Shown here piece by piece: positions 31,246 through 41,479 of a stretch of DNA of 64,000 bases. The notes under the pieces are model-generated. The model had not been told where the DNA came from. It was given only the letters and a program-made list of their open reading frames with translations, and did no database searches. The stretch comes from Nocardioides sp. (GTDB taxonomy: Bacteria > Actinomycetota > Actinomycetes > Propionibacteriales > Nocardioidaceae). Where the stretch lies: assembly GCA_051306135.1 (NCBI GenBank), contig JBPPMQ010000158.1, positions 429-64,428 on the forward strand, read 5' to 3'. Numbering within the stretch: position 1 is the stretch's first letter; every line of letters begins with the position of its first letter. Made by a program: the position numbers and the translations under genes.

Positions 31246-32169
31246 TCAGAAGAGCGCAGAAGCCAGAGCACGGCGCCCGGTCAGCACACGTTCGTCGTCG
31301 TTGCCGACCGCAGCGAACAACGAGATGAGGTGTTCGCGGGCTTTGGTGCGGTCCGGGTCGGCGGTGCGGGCTACCACCCCGATGAGTCGGTTGAACGCGT
31401 CCGACACGTGGCCACCGAGCAGGTCGAGATCGGCGACCATCATCTGGGCGTCGACGTCGTCTGGAGCGGCCGCGGCCGCAGCTCGGGCGTCGGCAAGGTC
31501 GACGCCCTGGGTGCGCTGGAGCACTTTGGCCATGGCGAGTCCAGCGACCGCTTCACCATCAGCGGGGTTGGAGTCGACCAGTTTCTGATATTCGGCCACA
31601 GCGGTAGCGATGTCGCCGGCGGCCAGTGCGTTCTGCGCGGGGGCATAGCGGGGGTCCTGGGCCGGTTCCCCGTCCTGGGCGACAACGGTGCGTGGCTGGT
31701 GGCGCCCGGTGATGCCTTGGGCGGTCAACTGCTGGCCGAGCTGCTGGAAGAAGGTGGAAAGTTCCTCAGCCGGGATGACCCCGGGCAGCGGCTGCATCGC
31801 GGGGCGACCGTCGAGCAGAACATAAGTGACTGGCACCTGCTGCACCTGCAGCGCGGCGGCCACCGACGGGGACTTGTCGACGTCGACCACCCCGAGCAGG
31901 AACCGACCGTCGTAGGAGTCCACGATGCTGCCCACGTCAGCGGCGAACTGGTGAGACTGCGGCACCCGCGAGGGGCTGATCAGCACCAGCACCACCGGGG
32001 CCGTCACCGACGCCTCAAGGATCTCGCTGAGGTTCGCGTCATTGACGCCGACCGTGTATGCCGACCCGGTCGGTGCTGCGTCGGCACCGGCTTGGGATGC
32101 TGCGGGACCGGTGGGGTTGAACCCGGACAGATCGACTGCTCCGGGGCGGGAGAACGGCTGCTGCGTCAT
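31246..32169 (-). CDS. Thioredoxin-fold plus TPR co-chaperone-like protein (YbbN/Rv1324-like)
   Basis: N-terminal thioredoxin-like region and a C-terminal TPR-like region (AIATAVAEYQKLVDSNPADGEAVAGLA). The ORF is open to a TTG at 32199. Confidence 0.78.
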   Translation of the reverse strand: MTQQPFSRPGAVDLSGFNPTGPAASQAGADAAPTGSAYTVGVNDANLSEILEASVTAPVVLVLISPSRVPQSHQFAADVGSIVDSYDGRFLLGVVDVDKSPSVAAALQVQQVPVTYVLLDGRPAMQPLPGVIPAEELSTFFQQLGQQLTAQGITGRHQPRTVVAQDGEPAQDPRYAPAQNALAAGDIATAVAEYQKLVDSNPADGEAVAGLAMAKVLQRTQGVDLADARAAAAAAPDDVDAQMMVADLDLLGGHVSDAFNRLIGVVARTADPDRTKAREHLISLFAAVGNDDERVLTGRRALASALF

Positions 32170-32195
32170 AGGTAGGAGTTTAGTTGGACGCTGAC

Positions 32196-33167
32196 TCAAC
32201 CGAGGAGTCGGTCCGCAGCGGTGTATGGATCGAGCTCTCCGGCGACCACCGACGCGGCCAGCGAGGCGAGTTGGCCGGAGTCGGCCACCCAGTGCGAGCG
32301 CAGCGTATCGGTAGCGATCTCGGAGATCTCCGCCGAGGCTCGCCGGGTTCGTCGCCGCGTCAACTCTGCGGAGTCCGAGAGCCAGACAGCGTGCTCATCG
32401 AGCGCGTCGACGACCTCCTCGATTCCGGTTCCGGTCTGGGCGACGGTGGTCAACACCGGCGGTTTCCAGGCACCGGTCGGCCGCACCGCCATGCTCAGCA
32501 TCGAGCGCAGGTCGCGCTTGACTTTGTCGGCACCGTCGCGATCGGCCTTGTTGACCACGTAGATGTCCCCGACCTCGAGGATCCCCGCCTTGGCAGCCTG
32601 AATGCCGTCACCCATGCCGGGAGCGAGCAAGACCAGGGTGGTGTCGGCCAGCCCGGCGACCTCGACCTCGGACTGGCCGACACCGACGGTCTCGATGATG
32701 ATGTGGTCGAACCCTGCGGCGCCCAGCACCCGCACCGCCTGCGGGGTGGCCCGAGACAGCCCTCCCAGGTGACCTCGCGAGGCCATCGAACGAATGAACA
32801 CCCCGGCATCGGTGGCGTGCTCCGACATCCGGATCCGATCGCCCAGCAGAGCGCCGCCAGAGAACGGCGACGACGGGTCGATGGCGATGACGCCGACCCG
32901 TCGGTCGCGAGCCCGCAAGGCGCTGATCAGAGCGGAGGTCGAGGTGGACTTGCCGACCCCTGGGGCACCGGTGATCCCGATGACGTGGCTCCCGCCCGGG
33001 GTCGGCGGGCCGGGCGAGGCTGCGATCAGCGCAGCCATCACCTCCCGCAGCCGCGGGGAGTCCTCCTCGACCCAACTGATCAGTCGAGCCACCGCCCGGG
33101 GAACGGCGTCCCCGCTGGCCGCAGCGCTCAGGGCGGCCTCGACGAGTTCCGCCGGTGAGGCCATCAA
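32196..33167 (-). CDS. meaB: Methylmalonyl-CoA mutase-associated GTPase MeaB (G3E family)
   Basis: [13 protein letters not shown]-loop, ETVGVGQSE and VNKAD. Confidence 0.92.
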   Translation of the reverse strand: MMASPAELVEAALSAAASGDAVPRAVARLISWVEEDSPRLREVMAALIAASPGPPTPGGSHVIGITGAPGVGKSTSTSALISALRARDRRVGVIAIDPSSPFSGGALLGDRIRMSEHATDAGVFIRSMASRGHLGGLSRATPQAVRVLGAAGFDHIIIETVGVGQSEVEVAGLADTTLVLLAPGMGDGIQAAKAGILEVGDIYVVNKADRDGADKVKRDLRSMLSMAVRPTGAWKPPVLTTVAQTGTGIEEVVDALDEHAVWLSDSAELTRRRTRRASAEISEIATDTLRSHWVADSGQLASLAASVVAGELDPYTAADRLLG

Positions 33168-34363
33168 ACCTTGGGCACCCGCACGATCAGGGCGTCACCC
33201 TGACCGCCGCCACCGCACAGTGCAGCAGCACCCACTCCGCCACCGCGGCGCTTGAGTTCGAGTGCCAAGGTGAGCACGACTCGGGTGCCCGACATGCCCA
33301 GCGGGTGTCCGACCGCGATCGCGCCACCGTTGACGTTGACTTTCTCGTCCGGGATGTTCAGGGCGGCCGCCGAGTCCAGGCCGACTGCGGCGAAGGCTTC
33401 GTTGAACTCGACCAGGTCGAGGTCGGTGGCGCTCAGGCCTTCCTTGGTCAGGGCTGCCTGGGTGGCATTGGCGGGCTGCAACTGCAGTGAGGAGTCGGGG
33501 CCGGCGACCTGACCGTGGGCACCGATCTCGCACAGCCAGTCCAAGCCGAGCTCCTCGGCCTTCGCCTTGGGCATCACCACGACGGCTGCTGCGCCGTCGG
33601 AGATCTGCGAGGCAGACCCGGCGGTGATGGTGCCGGTCTTGGAGAAGGCCGGACGCAGTTTGGCCAGCGACTCCACGGTGGTCTCGCCGCGCACGCCCTC
33701 GTCCTCGGAGATCACCACGGGCTCACCGCGGCGCTGCGGGATCTGGACCGGCACTACCTCGTCGGCGAACAGGCCGTTCTTCCAGGCTGCGGCGGCCTTC
33801 TGGTGGCTGCCGGCCGCGAAGGCGTCCTGGGCCTCGCGAGTCTGGGAGGTGGCCGAGTCGGCGTTGACGGCTTCGGTCAGCGCGCCCATCGCCTGCGTGG
33901 TGGTCTGGTCGTATAGGCCGTCGAAGGCCATCGAGTCGACGATCGCGACGTCGCCGTACTTGTAGCCCTCACGCGACTTCGGCAGCAGATGCGGAGCGTT
34001 GGTCATCGACTCCATCCCGCCGGCGACGACCACGGTGGCTTCTCCGGCGCGAATCATCTGGTCGGCGGTGGCGATGGCGTTGAGCCCGGACAGGCACACC
34101 TTGTTGACGGTGATCGACGGCACACTCATCGGCAGGCCGGCCTTGATACCGGCCGTGCGGGCCGGGTTCTGGCCGCAGCCGGCCTGGAGCACGTGGCCCA
34201 TGATCAGGTAGTCGACCTGCTCGGGCGAGACGCCCGCCTTGTCCAGCGCACCCTTGATGGCCACGCCACCGAGGTCGGCGGCAGACAGGGAAGTGAAGCC
34301 GCCCAACAGGCGGCCGATCGGGGTCCGGGCTCCGGCGACGATCACATTGGTCTGGTCTGACAT
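33164..34363 (-). CDS. Acetyl-CoA C-acetyltransferase (thiolase II)
   Basis: VNKVCLSGL (active-site Cys), [17 protein letters not shown] and CGGGGQG. The stop overlaps the meaB start. Confidence 0.93.
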   Translation of the reverse strand: MSDQTNVIVAGARTPIGRLLGGFTSLSAADLGGVAIKGALDKAGVSPEQVDYLIMGHVLQAGCGQNPARTAGIKAGLPMSVPSITVNKVCLSGLNAIATADQMIRAGEATVVVAGGMESMTNAPHLLPKSREGYKYGDVAIVDSMAFDGLYDQTTTQAMGALTEAVNADSATSQTREAQDAFAAGSHQKAAAAWKNGLFADEVVPVQIPQRRGEPVVISEDEGVRGETTVESLAKLRPAFSKTGTITAGSASQISDGAAAVVVMPKAKAEELGLDWLCEIGAHGQVAGPDSSLQLQPANATQAALTKEGLSATDLDLVEFNEAFAAVGLDSAAALNIPDEKVNVNGGAIAVGHPLGMSGTRVVLTLALELKRRGGGVGAAALCGGGGQGDALIVRVPKV

Positions 34364-34514
34364 GGTCTGCTTGCCTCCAAGCTGTTGTGTTCTGAACCAC
34401 CGTTGGTCCACTTCCGAACCTACTGATGAGTAACGTATGCCGGAAGAGTCGCACGTAGGCTGGTCGTGTTGCTCTCGTCACACATTCTCGCGCGAATGAA
34501 GGATTGGCACCACC

Positions 34515-34970
34515 ATGGCCTCTGTGAATGACATCACCAACACTGACGTTGACCTGTTTACCGCGATCGACCATGTGGGCGTCGCCGTACCTGATCTCGA
34601 TGAGGCGATCGCCTTCTACGAGTCGGCATACGGCATGACGTTGGCTCATCGCGAGGTCAACGAGGAGCAGGGCGTCGCCGAGGCCATGATGGCCGTGGGC
34701 GACTCAGGATCCTGCATCCAGCTCCTGGCACCCCTGACCCCGGACTCCCCGATCGGGAAGTTTCTGGACCGTTCCGGCCCTGGCATCCAGCAGATGGCCT
34801 ACCGGGTTGCAGACATCGACGCTGCGTGCGACATCCTGCGCGAGCGGGGGCTGCGGCTCTTGTACGACGTGCCCAAGCGCGGCACCTCCGACTCCCGGGT
34901 GAACTTCATTCATCCCAAATCGGCCGGCGGCGTACTCGTCGAACTGGTCGAGCCGGCCACTCACCACTGA
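34515..34970 (+). CDS. mce: Methylmalonyl-CoA epimerase (VOC family)
   Basis: IDHVGVAVPDLDEAIAFY...GPGIQQMAYRV.DID...FIHPKSAGGVLVELVE. Confidence 0.88.
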   Translation: MASVNDITNTDVDLFTAIDHVGVAVPDLDEAIAFYESAYGMTLAHREVNEEQGVAEAMMAVGDSGSCIQLLAPLTPDSPIGKFLDRSGPGIQQMAYRVADIDAACDILRERGLRLLYDVPKRGTSDSRVNFIHPKSAGGVLVELVEPATHH

Positions 34971-34981
34971 CCCAACCCAAC

Positions 34982-35036
34982 GCACCTGACGTTCTGGTCG
35001 GATTTCCGCCGAAATATCGACCAAAACGTCAGGTGC
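34982..35036. repeat. Single long palindrome of the same motif family (GCACCTGACGTTCTGGTCG-N17-CGACCAAAACGTCAGGTGC)
   Basis: 18 of 19 arm positions pair. The loop GATTTCCGCCGAAATAT is itself partly palindromic. It lies between the mce stop and the ccr start. Confidence 0.9.
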
Positions 35037-35058
35037 GATGACTTAACAGGAGCACTCC

Positions 35059-36399
35059 ATGCAGCACATCCTCGACGCCATCTCCTCCGGCGTCGCGACC
35101 ACCGAGGACTTCGCCAGCCTCGAGATCCCCGACCACTACACCGCAGCGACCGTGCACAAGGACGAGGTCGACATGTTCGAGGGCATGGCGAGCCGCGAGA
35201 AGGATCCCCGCAAGTCCATCCACATCGAGGATGTCCCCCTTCCGGAACTGGGCCCCGGCGAAGCACTGGTCGCGGTGATGGCCAGCGCCATCAACTACAA
35301 CACCGTGTGGACCTCGATCTTCGAGCCCGTGTCCACCTTCGGGTTCCTGGAGCGCTACGGCCGGCTCTCGCCGCTGGCCAAACGTCACGACCTGCCCTAC
35401 CACGTCGTCGGCTCGGACCTGTCCGGCGTGGTGCTGCGCACCGGCCCCGGTGTCACCAAGTGGAAGCCGGGCCAAGAGGTCGTCGCACACTGTCTGTCGG
35501 TGGAGTTGGAGAGTCCCGACGGCCACAATGACACGATGATGGACCCCGAGCAGCGCATCTGGGGCTTCGAGACCAACTTCGGCGGTCTCGCCGAGGTCGC
35601 CCTGGTCAAGGCCAACCAGTTGATGCCCAAACCCGCCCACCTGACCTGGGAGGAGGCCGCCTCCCCCGGCTTGGTGAACTGCACCGCCTACCGCCAACTG
35701 GTCTCCAAGAACGGCGGTGACATGAAACAGGGAGACAACGTGCTGATCTGGGGCGCCTCGGGCGGCCTGGGCGGTTTCGCAACCCAATACGCCCTCAATG
35801 GCGGCGCCACCCCGATTTGCGTGGTTTCCAACGAGGAGAAGGCGAACATCTGCCGCTCCATGGGAGCCGAACTGATCATCAACCGCTCTGCAGAGAACTA
35901 CCAGTTCTGGAACGAGGAGGGCACCAAGCAAGACCCCAAGGAGTGGTTGCGCCTAGGCAAGAAGATCCGCGAGCTCACCGGCGGCGAAGACATCGACATC
36001 GTCTTCGAGCACCCGGGCCGCGAAACCTTCGGTGCCTCGGTGTTCGTGACCCGCAAGGGCGGCACCATCACCACTTGCGCCTCCACCTCGGGCTACATGC
36101 ACGAGTATGACAACCGCTACCTGTGGATGAACCTGAAGAAGATCATCTCCAGCCACTTCGCCAACTACCGCGAGTCGTGGGAGGCCAATCGGCTCATCGC
36201 CAAAGGGAAGATCCACCCGACACTGTCGAAGTCCTACGCGCTGGCCGATGTCGGTCAGGCGGCCCTGGACGTGCACCACAATGCGCACCAAGGCAAGGTC
36301 GGCGTGCTGTGCCTGGCCCCCGAGGAAGGGCTGGGCGTGCGTGACGAGGAGTTCCGTAGCCAACACCTCGACGCGATCAACCGGTTCCGCGGCATCTGA
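35059..36399 (+). CDS. ccr: Crotonyl-CoA carboxylase/reductase
   Basis: Near-colinear with Streptomyces Ccr as recalled (DPRKSIH..DVP.PELGPGEALVAVMAS..NYN.VWTSIFEPVSTF.FLERYG, RIWGFETNFGGLAE, GKVGVLCLAPEEGLGV). Confidence 0.92.
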   Translation: MQHILDAISSGVATTEDFASLEIPDHYTAATVHKDEVDMFEGMASREKDPRKSIHIEDVPLPELGPGEALVAVMASAINYNTVWTSIFEPVSTFGFLERYGRLSPLAKRHDLPYHVVGSDLSGVVLRTGPGVTKWKPGQEVVAHCLSVELESPDGHNDTMMDPEQRIWGFETNFGGLAEVALVKANQLMPKPAHLTWEEAASPGLVNCTAYRQLVSKNGGDMKQGDNVLIWGASGGLGGFATQYALNGGATPICVVSNEEKANICRSMGAELIINRSAENYQFWNEEGTKQDPKEWLRLGKKIRELTGGEDIDIVFEHPGRETFGASVFVTRKGGTITTCASTSGYMHEYDNRYLWMNLKKIISSHFANYRESWEANRLIAKGKIHPTLSKSYALADVGQAALDVHHNAHQGKVGVLCLAPEEGLGVRDEEFRSQHLDAINRFRGI

Positions 36400-36535
36400 G
36401 TCGGCCCACCCTCGCCCCTGAACAGGGCAGGTGAGTAACAACATCGCACCCGGGGGTGCGGGATCACCAGGCATCGGCCAAGATTGGTCCCGCACCCCCG
36501 CATGCATTGATCCCAGCAGTTTCAGGAGCCTCACC

Positions 36536-37645
36536 GTGAGCAATCAAGGCCTGTCCATCTTCGACGACTCCCCCGCGCCGTTGAGTCCGCTGCCGATGGC
36601 GCGCAAGGGCGGGTACGACAAACTCGCCGCCGACGAACTGCTCACCAAACTCGACGCAGCCCAGAAGTCCGCCCTCAGCGAGCGGGACGCCGCCCGAGCC
36701 AAGATCGCGGCGCTGGAAAGGGAGATCGCGTCGCTGAAGTCGGAACTGTCTGAGAACACCGAGCCCACCTACGCCGGCCTCGGCGGGCGTGCTTCGGCGA
36801 TGCTGCGTCTGGCCGAGGAGGAGGCCGACGACGTGCGCACGACCGCGCGCAACGACGCCGAGGACATCGTGTCCCAGGCACAGGCCGACGCGAAGGCGAT
36901 CCGGGCCGAGGCATCCAGGGAGGTCGACGACATCCGGTCGGCCCAGCTTCGCGAGATCGACGACTCTCGAGCCCGTCAGATCGCCGATCTGGCGGCCGCA
37001 CGATCGCTGGCCGAGAACGAGGCCAGCGACATCCTCGCCTCGGCACGCCGCCAGGCCGAGCAGACCACCATGGCTGCCACTCAGCAGGCCAACGAGGTGA
37101 TGGCCAAGGCCGACCACGACGCTGAGGAGGCCCGCGCGGCCGCCGACCGAGAGGTCACCGAGGCACGTCGGCTGTTGGCGGTGGAGAAGGAACGGGTGCT
37201 CAAGGAGGTCGCCGACCACCGTGACTCCTCACTGGCTCAAACCAAGCAGTTGCTCGACGACGCCGAGAACCGGGCGCAAGCAGCTGAGAAGCGCGCCACC
37301 GAAGCGGCCGCCCGCGCGACCGAGACGCGGTCGGCAGCCCAGTCTGAAGCCGACTCGACGGTCTCCCATGCCCGCCGGGAGGCCGAGCAGATTCTTGCTT
37401 CGGCCACCACGCAAGCCGAGTCGCTGATCGCCTCCGGTGAGGCCGACGCCAAACGTTCGGTGGCCTCGACCAAGGCCGAGGTCGACCGGCTGACCAAGCG
37501 ACGGGCAGCAATCATGGCGCAGTTCGCCTCGCTCCAAGAACTCATCTCCGGATTCTCCGACGTCGACGACGCGACCTCGGCGTCGACGTCGAACGCGACC
37601 TCGGCGCCGTCGAAGGCGCCCGAGGCCGCCAGCAACAACAAGTAG
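36536..37645 (+). CDS. DivIVA-domain / coiled-coil protein (the type often annotated as cellulose-binding protein in actinomycetes)
   Basis: F..x..RKGGYDKLAADELL N-terminal DivIVA-like motif followed by a long Ala/Glu/Arg-rich coiled coil. GTG 36536 is preceded by CAGGAG. The ORF is open from 36431. Confidence 0.6.
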   Translation: MSNQGLSIFDDSPAPLSPLPMARKGGYDKLAADELLTKLDAAQKSALSERDAARAKIAALEREIASLKSELSENTEPTYAGLGGRASAMLRLAEEEADDVRTTARNDAEDIVSQAQADAKAIRAEASREVDDIRSAQLREIDDSRARQIADLAAARSLAENEASDILASARRQAEQTTMAATQQANEVMAKADHDAEEARAAADREVTEARRLLAVEKERVLKEVADHRDSSLAQTKQLLDDAENRAQAAEKRATEAAARATETRSAAQSEADSTVSHARREAEQILASATTQAESLIASGEADAKRSVASTKAEVDRLTKRRAAIMAQFASLQELISGFSDVDDATSASTSNATSAPSKAPEAASNNK

Positions 37646-37656
37646 CCGCCGACACC

Positions 37657-38799
37657 GTGAGCGAGGACAGTCCCCCGAGCACGGAGGTCGGCGCCTCCGA
37701 GTCGACGACGACGCCTGCCGGGGACACTCCCATGGGCCCGCAACGCAACCTGGGCAGACCCGGGGCGCCCTTCTCCGAGCGCAACCCGTTCTTGGTCGGC
37801 TTCTATGCAGGTCTTGGCCTGATCACCGCGATCGCACTGGCGATGGTGATCGGCTCCATCCAGGGCGTGATCGTGCAGATCGTGGTCGCGTTCTTCATCG
37901 CTGCCGGCCTGGATCCGGCGGTGCGGGCCATCGAGCGGCGACGCGTGCGCCGTTCGATGGCGGTCACGGTGGTGGTGACCGCAGTGATTATGGTGGTGGT
38001 GTTGTTCTTCGTGGCGATCGTGCCGGTCATCACCGATCAGGTCACCAAGATCTCGGCCAACGTGCCGGATTGGCTGGCCGACCTGCAACGCCAGCGATGG
38101 ATCCAGGACCTCGACGATCGCTACCAGTTGGTCGAGAAGGTCCAGGACTTCGCCTCCGACGGTGACGTGGTGGCCAACGTGTTCGGGGGCGTACTCGGCA
38201 TCGGCCTGGCCGTTCTGGGGTTCTTGCTCAACTTCTTCGTCATCACCGTCATGACGCTCTACTTCCTGGCGGGCCTGGAAGGTATCAAGCACTCGCTGGT
38301 GCTGTTGGCACCGGCCAGCCGTCGCGACCGGGTGATGAAACTGTCGAACCGTGTCATCGAGTCCATCGGCGGCTACGTGTCCGGAGCATTCCTCGTCGCG
38401 CTGTGTGCCGGTTCCTCGTCGATGATCTTCTTGTTCAGCGTCGGGCTCGGGGAGTATGCCGTCGCCCTGAGTTTCGTGGTGATGCTGCTCGACGTGATCC
38501 CCATGATCGGAGCCACCATCGGGGCTGTGGTGGTCACCGCGATCGGTCTGGCCACCGACATCAGGATCGGCATCGCCTGCGCGATCTTCTACCTGATCTA
38601 TCAACAGGTCGAGAACTACCTCATCTATCCGCGGATCATGTCGAAGTCGGTCGACATACCGGGTTCGGTGACGGTGATCGCGGCGCTCATCGGTGCGTCC
38701 CTGATCGGTGTCGTGGGCGCCCTCATCGCGGTGCCTACCGCGGCAGCGGTGCTGATGCTGCTCAAAGAGATTCTGATCAGACGGCAGGACGACCGCTAG
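37657..38799 (+). CDS. AI-2E family transporter (PerM-like)
   Basis: 380 aa, polytopic, with LDVIPMIGATIGAVVV typical of AI-2E/UPF0118. Confidence 0.88.
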   Translation: MSEDSPPSTEVGASESTTTPAGDTPMGPQRNLGRPGAPFSERNPFLVGFYAGLGLITAIALAMVIGSIQGVIVQIVVAFFIAAGLDPAVRAIERRRVRRSMAVTVVVTAVIMVVVLFFVAIVPVITDQVTKISANVPDWLADLQRQRWIQDLDDRYQLVEKVQDFASDGDVVANVFGGVLGIGLAVLGFLLNFFVITVMTLYFLAGLEGIKHSLVLLAPASRRDRVMKLSNRVIESIGGYVSGAFLVALCAGSSSMIFLFSVGLGEYAVALSFVVMLLDVIPMIGATIGAVVVTAIGLATDIRIGIACAIFYLIYQQVENYLIYPRIMSKSVDIPGSVTVIAALIGASLIGVVGALIAVPTAAAVLMLLKEILIRRQDDR

Positions 38800-38833
38800 C
38801 CCGTCCGCTCCCCCAGCAGACGGGCGGCCCCGG

Positions 38834-39832
38834 CTACCCGGGCGGGGCGAACCGGGTCGCAGGATCCTCCAGGATTTCTGGGTCGGCCTCGGCCAGACTG
38901 GGCTCACCGAGCTTGACCAGCACCACTCCGGCCAGGATCAGCAGACCCCCCAGCAACTGGATCGCCAGCGGCACCTCGTCGAGCAGTAGCCAGGCGAAGA
39001 AGACTGCGCCGACGACTTCGAACAGCGCCACGAAACTGGCCAGCCGAGCGCCCAACATACGTGCGGAAACCACGCCTAGACAGAAGGCCAAGCCGGCAGT
39101 GACGACGCCGAGCACCAGCACCGGCGCCCACCATGCGAGGGTGGCACCGGCCAGGTCCACGTCGTCGGAGTGCACGCTGACCGGCATCAGGCCAAGGGCC
39201 CCGATGATCGCCAGCACGACGCCACCGACGACCAGGCCCAGCCAGGCGAACCCGACCGGCGGGATGCCGGTGTCGTCGTTGCCGACCATGATGAAATAGG
39301 CGGCCGCCCCGGCCATCGCCGTCAGGGCCCAGGCCGCACCGGTTGCGGTGACTGCGGTGCTGCCACCGAACAGGTCCAGCACCAGCACCAACCCGACGGC
39401 GGCGAACAGAGCACCCAGCACCGTCAGCCGCCCCGGCCGCTGCCCGTGGACCAGCCACAGCCAGATCACCACGGCCGCAGGTGAGGTGTATTCGATGAGG
39501 ATCGAGGGACCGACCGCCATCTGCTGGACGGCAGAGAAGTAGGCGAACTGGGTGCCGCCGACTGCAACCACCCCATAGGCGATCACCAGCCCGGCCCGAC
39601 CCCGGACCTGGTGCCAGTGTCCGCGTAGCGAGATCAGCCCGAACGGCGCCACCACCAAACAGGCCAACCCGATTCGGACCAGCACCACCGACCCGGGGGT
39701 CCACCCGGTGTCGAACAGACTGCTGGCCATCGAGCCGGACAGCGCGAACGACGCCGCGGAGGCGAGCGCCAGCAGCACGCCGGAGGAGGCCCGCAGGGAT
39801 GCGCTGGTGGTGATGTCGGGGGTGGTGCTCAC
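38834..39832 (-). CDS. EamA/DMT family transporter
   Basis: 332 aa, 10 TM helices, with two EamA-like halves. Confidence 0.85.
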   Translation of the reverse strand: MSTTPDITTSASLRASSGVLLALASAASFALSGSMASSLFDTGWTPGSVVLVRIGLACLVVAPFGLISLRGHWHQVRGRAGLVIAYGVVAVGGTQFAYFSAVQQMAVGPSILIEYTSPAAVVIWLWLVHGQRPGRLTVLGALFAAVGLVLVLDLFGGSTAVTATGAAWALTAMAGAAAYFIMVGNDDTGIPPVGFAWLGLVVGGVVLAIIGALGLMPVSVHSDDVDLAGATLAWWAPVLVLGVVTAGLAFCLGVVSARMLGARLASFVALFEVVGAVFFAWLLLDEVPLAIQLLGGLLILAGVVLVKLGEPSLAEADPEILEDPATRFAPPG

Positions 39833-39883
39833 CGCATGAGGATAGGACCGGGACGCGGTGTCGACCCAACCCGGAACGAGGCG

Positions 39884-40675
39884 TCAGGAAATAAACTGCC
39901 TCACCACGTCGGCGAAGACCTCGGGTTGGTCGGAGTGCACCCAGTGGCTGGCGTTCTTGATGGTCACCTTGCGGTACTTCGGAAAGTATCTCGCCATTGC
40001 CTCGGCATACTCCGGGCGGATGTAGGTGGACCGTTCGCCTGCGACCCACAACACCGGCCCGTCGTAGGGCGCTAGGTCCTTCACCTGCTCTGCCGGCCAT
40101 CCGCCGATGACCCCCAGGTCCCGGCCCAGCACGTCGAGGTTCGCCCGCCACGCCCAGCCTGCGGCGTCGTGGGTGAGGTTCTGCAGCAAGAAGGACCGGA
40201 TGCTGGGCGAGTCGACGCGCGCAGCCAACTGGGCCTCGGCGTCGGTGCGCCGGGTGATCTTCGCCAGGTCGATCGAAGCTAAGGCGTCGACATACCCGGT
40301 GAACTCACGCAGGTTGTCGTAGCCGACCGGCGACATGTCGACCACCACCAGACGTGCGACCAGACCGGGGTGACGCAGCGCCAACACCATGGCGACCTTG
40401 CCTCCCATGGAGTGCCCCACCACCGTCACCGGGTCATCGGTTGAGACCAACTCAGCGACCTGGTCGGCCATGTCCAGGTAGTCGATATGGTCGGTCCAGG
40501 CCGAACGGCCATGGTTGGGCAGGTCGACCAGACTGACCCGATGGGTGGCAGACAACTGCCTGCCGAGGGTGTTCCAGTTGCGCCCCTGGCCGAACAGTCC
40601 GTGCAGGAAGACGAGCCGTGACCCGGCGGGCTGACCCGGCGGCGGGCCCAACTCCAGCACATTGAGGGCTCCCAC
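39884..40675 (-). CDS. Alpha/beta hydrolase
   Basis: LVFLHGLFG and the nucleophile elbow GHSMGG. C-terminal HWVH. Confidence 0.85.
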   Translation of the reverse strand: MGALNVLELGPPPGQPAGSRLVFLHGLFGQGRNWNTLGRQLSATHRVSLVDLPNHGRSAWTDHIDYLDMADQVAELVSTDDPVTVVGHSMGGKVAMVLALRHPGLVARLVVVDMSPVGYDNLREFTGYVDALASIDLAKITRRTDAEAQLAARVDSPSIRSFLLQNLTHDAAGWAWRANLDVLGRDLGVIGGWPAEQVKDLAPYDGPVLWVAGERSTYIRPEYAEAMARYFPKYRKVTIKNASHWVHSDQPEVFADVVRQFIS

Positions 40676-40686
40676 GAGCAGGGAGC

Positions 40687-41439
40687 CTAGAAGTCGAAAC
40701 CGTCGAAGATGTTGCCGATCCCGTCACCGATGCCCTCGAACATGCCGCCGACACCTTCGCCGAGTCCCTCGGCCAGTCCACCGAGGCCCCAGAGGATGTC
40801 GTCGGCGAACAGGCCGATAAACAACCAGTCCAGGGCACCGAAGTTGCCGAAGTAACCGCGAGCGTAGGGCTGGTAGGCCCTTCCGCCGGCCCAGTAGGGC
40901 ATCCGTCGCGCGCCGACCATGACCTGTCGGACGTCGGGTGCCGCGCCGGCGTCGACCCGTTCGGCGTCCAGGGCGCAGGCAGGCACCTTGCGGGCCTGCC
41001 CCCCGACCGGCGCGAAGTCGACATCGGTGACCGACAGGCCATGGCGCGGATCGAAGAAGCACGCCGGGCGCCTGGCCGGCAGCGGTTCTCCCGCGACCCG
41101 AGCCCGCACACAGGCGATGGCGTACCGGCCGTCCTCGACGATCTCGGTGACATGGGTGACGTCGTCGGGCTGGGCCATTGCGTCGCCGGCCGTCTTGGCG
41201 GCCTCATAGGCATCGAGGGCCCGCTGGTAGTCGGCTCTCATTCCCTCGTCAAGGGCCGTTCCGGTCAGTTCGAGGTCGAGCTGCTGAAGCTGCTCGCCGA
41301 GGGCGGTCACGTCCTCGAAGACAAGTTTCTTGGAGGGCTCCAGCTCGGAGACCGCCTTGGTTTTCTGGTTCCTCTTCGACACCAGCACCACCGCACCGAT
41401 GGCGGCGAGGATCACGAGCAAGCCGATCAGCAAGTCCAT
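40687..41439 (-). CDS. Conserved hypothetical membrane-anchored protein with a Gly/Asp/Glu-rich C-terminal tail
   Basis: N-terminal TM helix (LLIGLLVILAAIGAVVLV), a helical region, a Cys-containing middle region, and the tail GLGGLAEGLGEGVGGMFEGIGDGIGNIFDGFDF. Confidence 0.65.
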   Translation of the reverse strand: MDLLIGLLVILAAIGAVVLVSKRNQKTKAVSELEPSKKLVFEDVTALGEQLQQLDLELTGTALDEGMRADYQRALDAYEAAKTAGDAMAQPDDVTHVTEIVEDGRYAIACVRARVAGEPLPARRPACFFDPRHGLSVTDVDFAPVGGQARKVPACALDAERVDAGAAPDVRQVMVGARRMPYWAGGRAYQPYARGYFGNFGALDWLFIGLFADDILWGLGGLAEGLGEGVGGMFEGIGDGIGNIFDGFDF

Positions 41440-41479
41440 GGCCCAAGATTACGACCGGATTCCAAGAACTTCCTGTGGA

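Noticed and set aside
34541-34551. An exact 11-nt repeat-family core (CACTGACGTTG) inside the mce coding region. I considered whether it means the mce start is mis-called.
   Set aside because: No alternative in-frame start lies downstream before the conserved IDHVG motif. The annotated ATG 34515 is kept and the match is treated as a family remnant, mentioned under the 30.1-kb finding.
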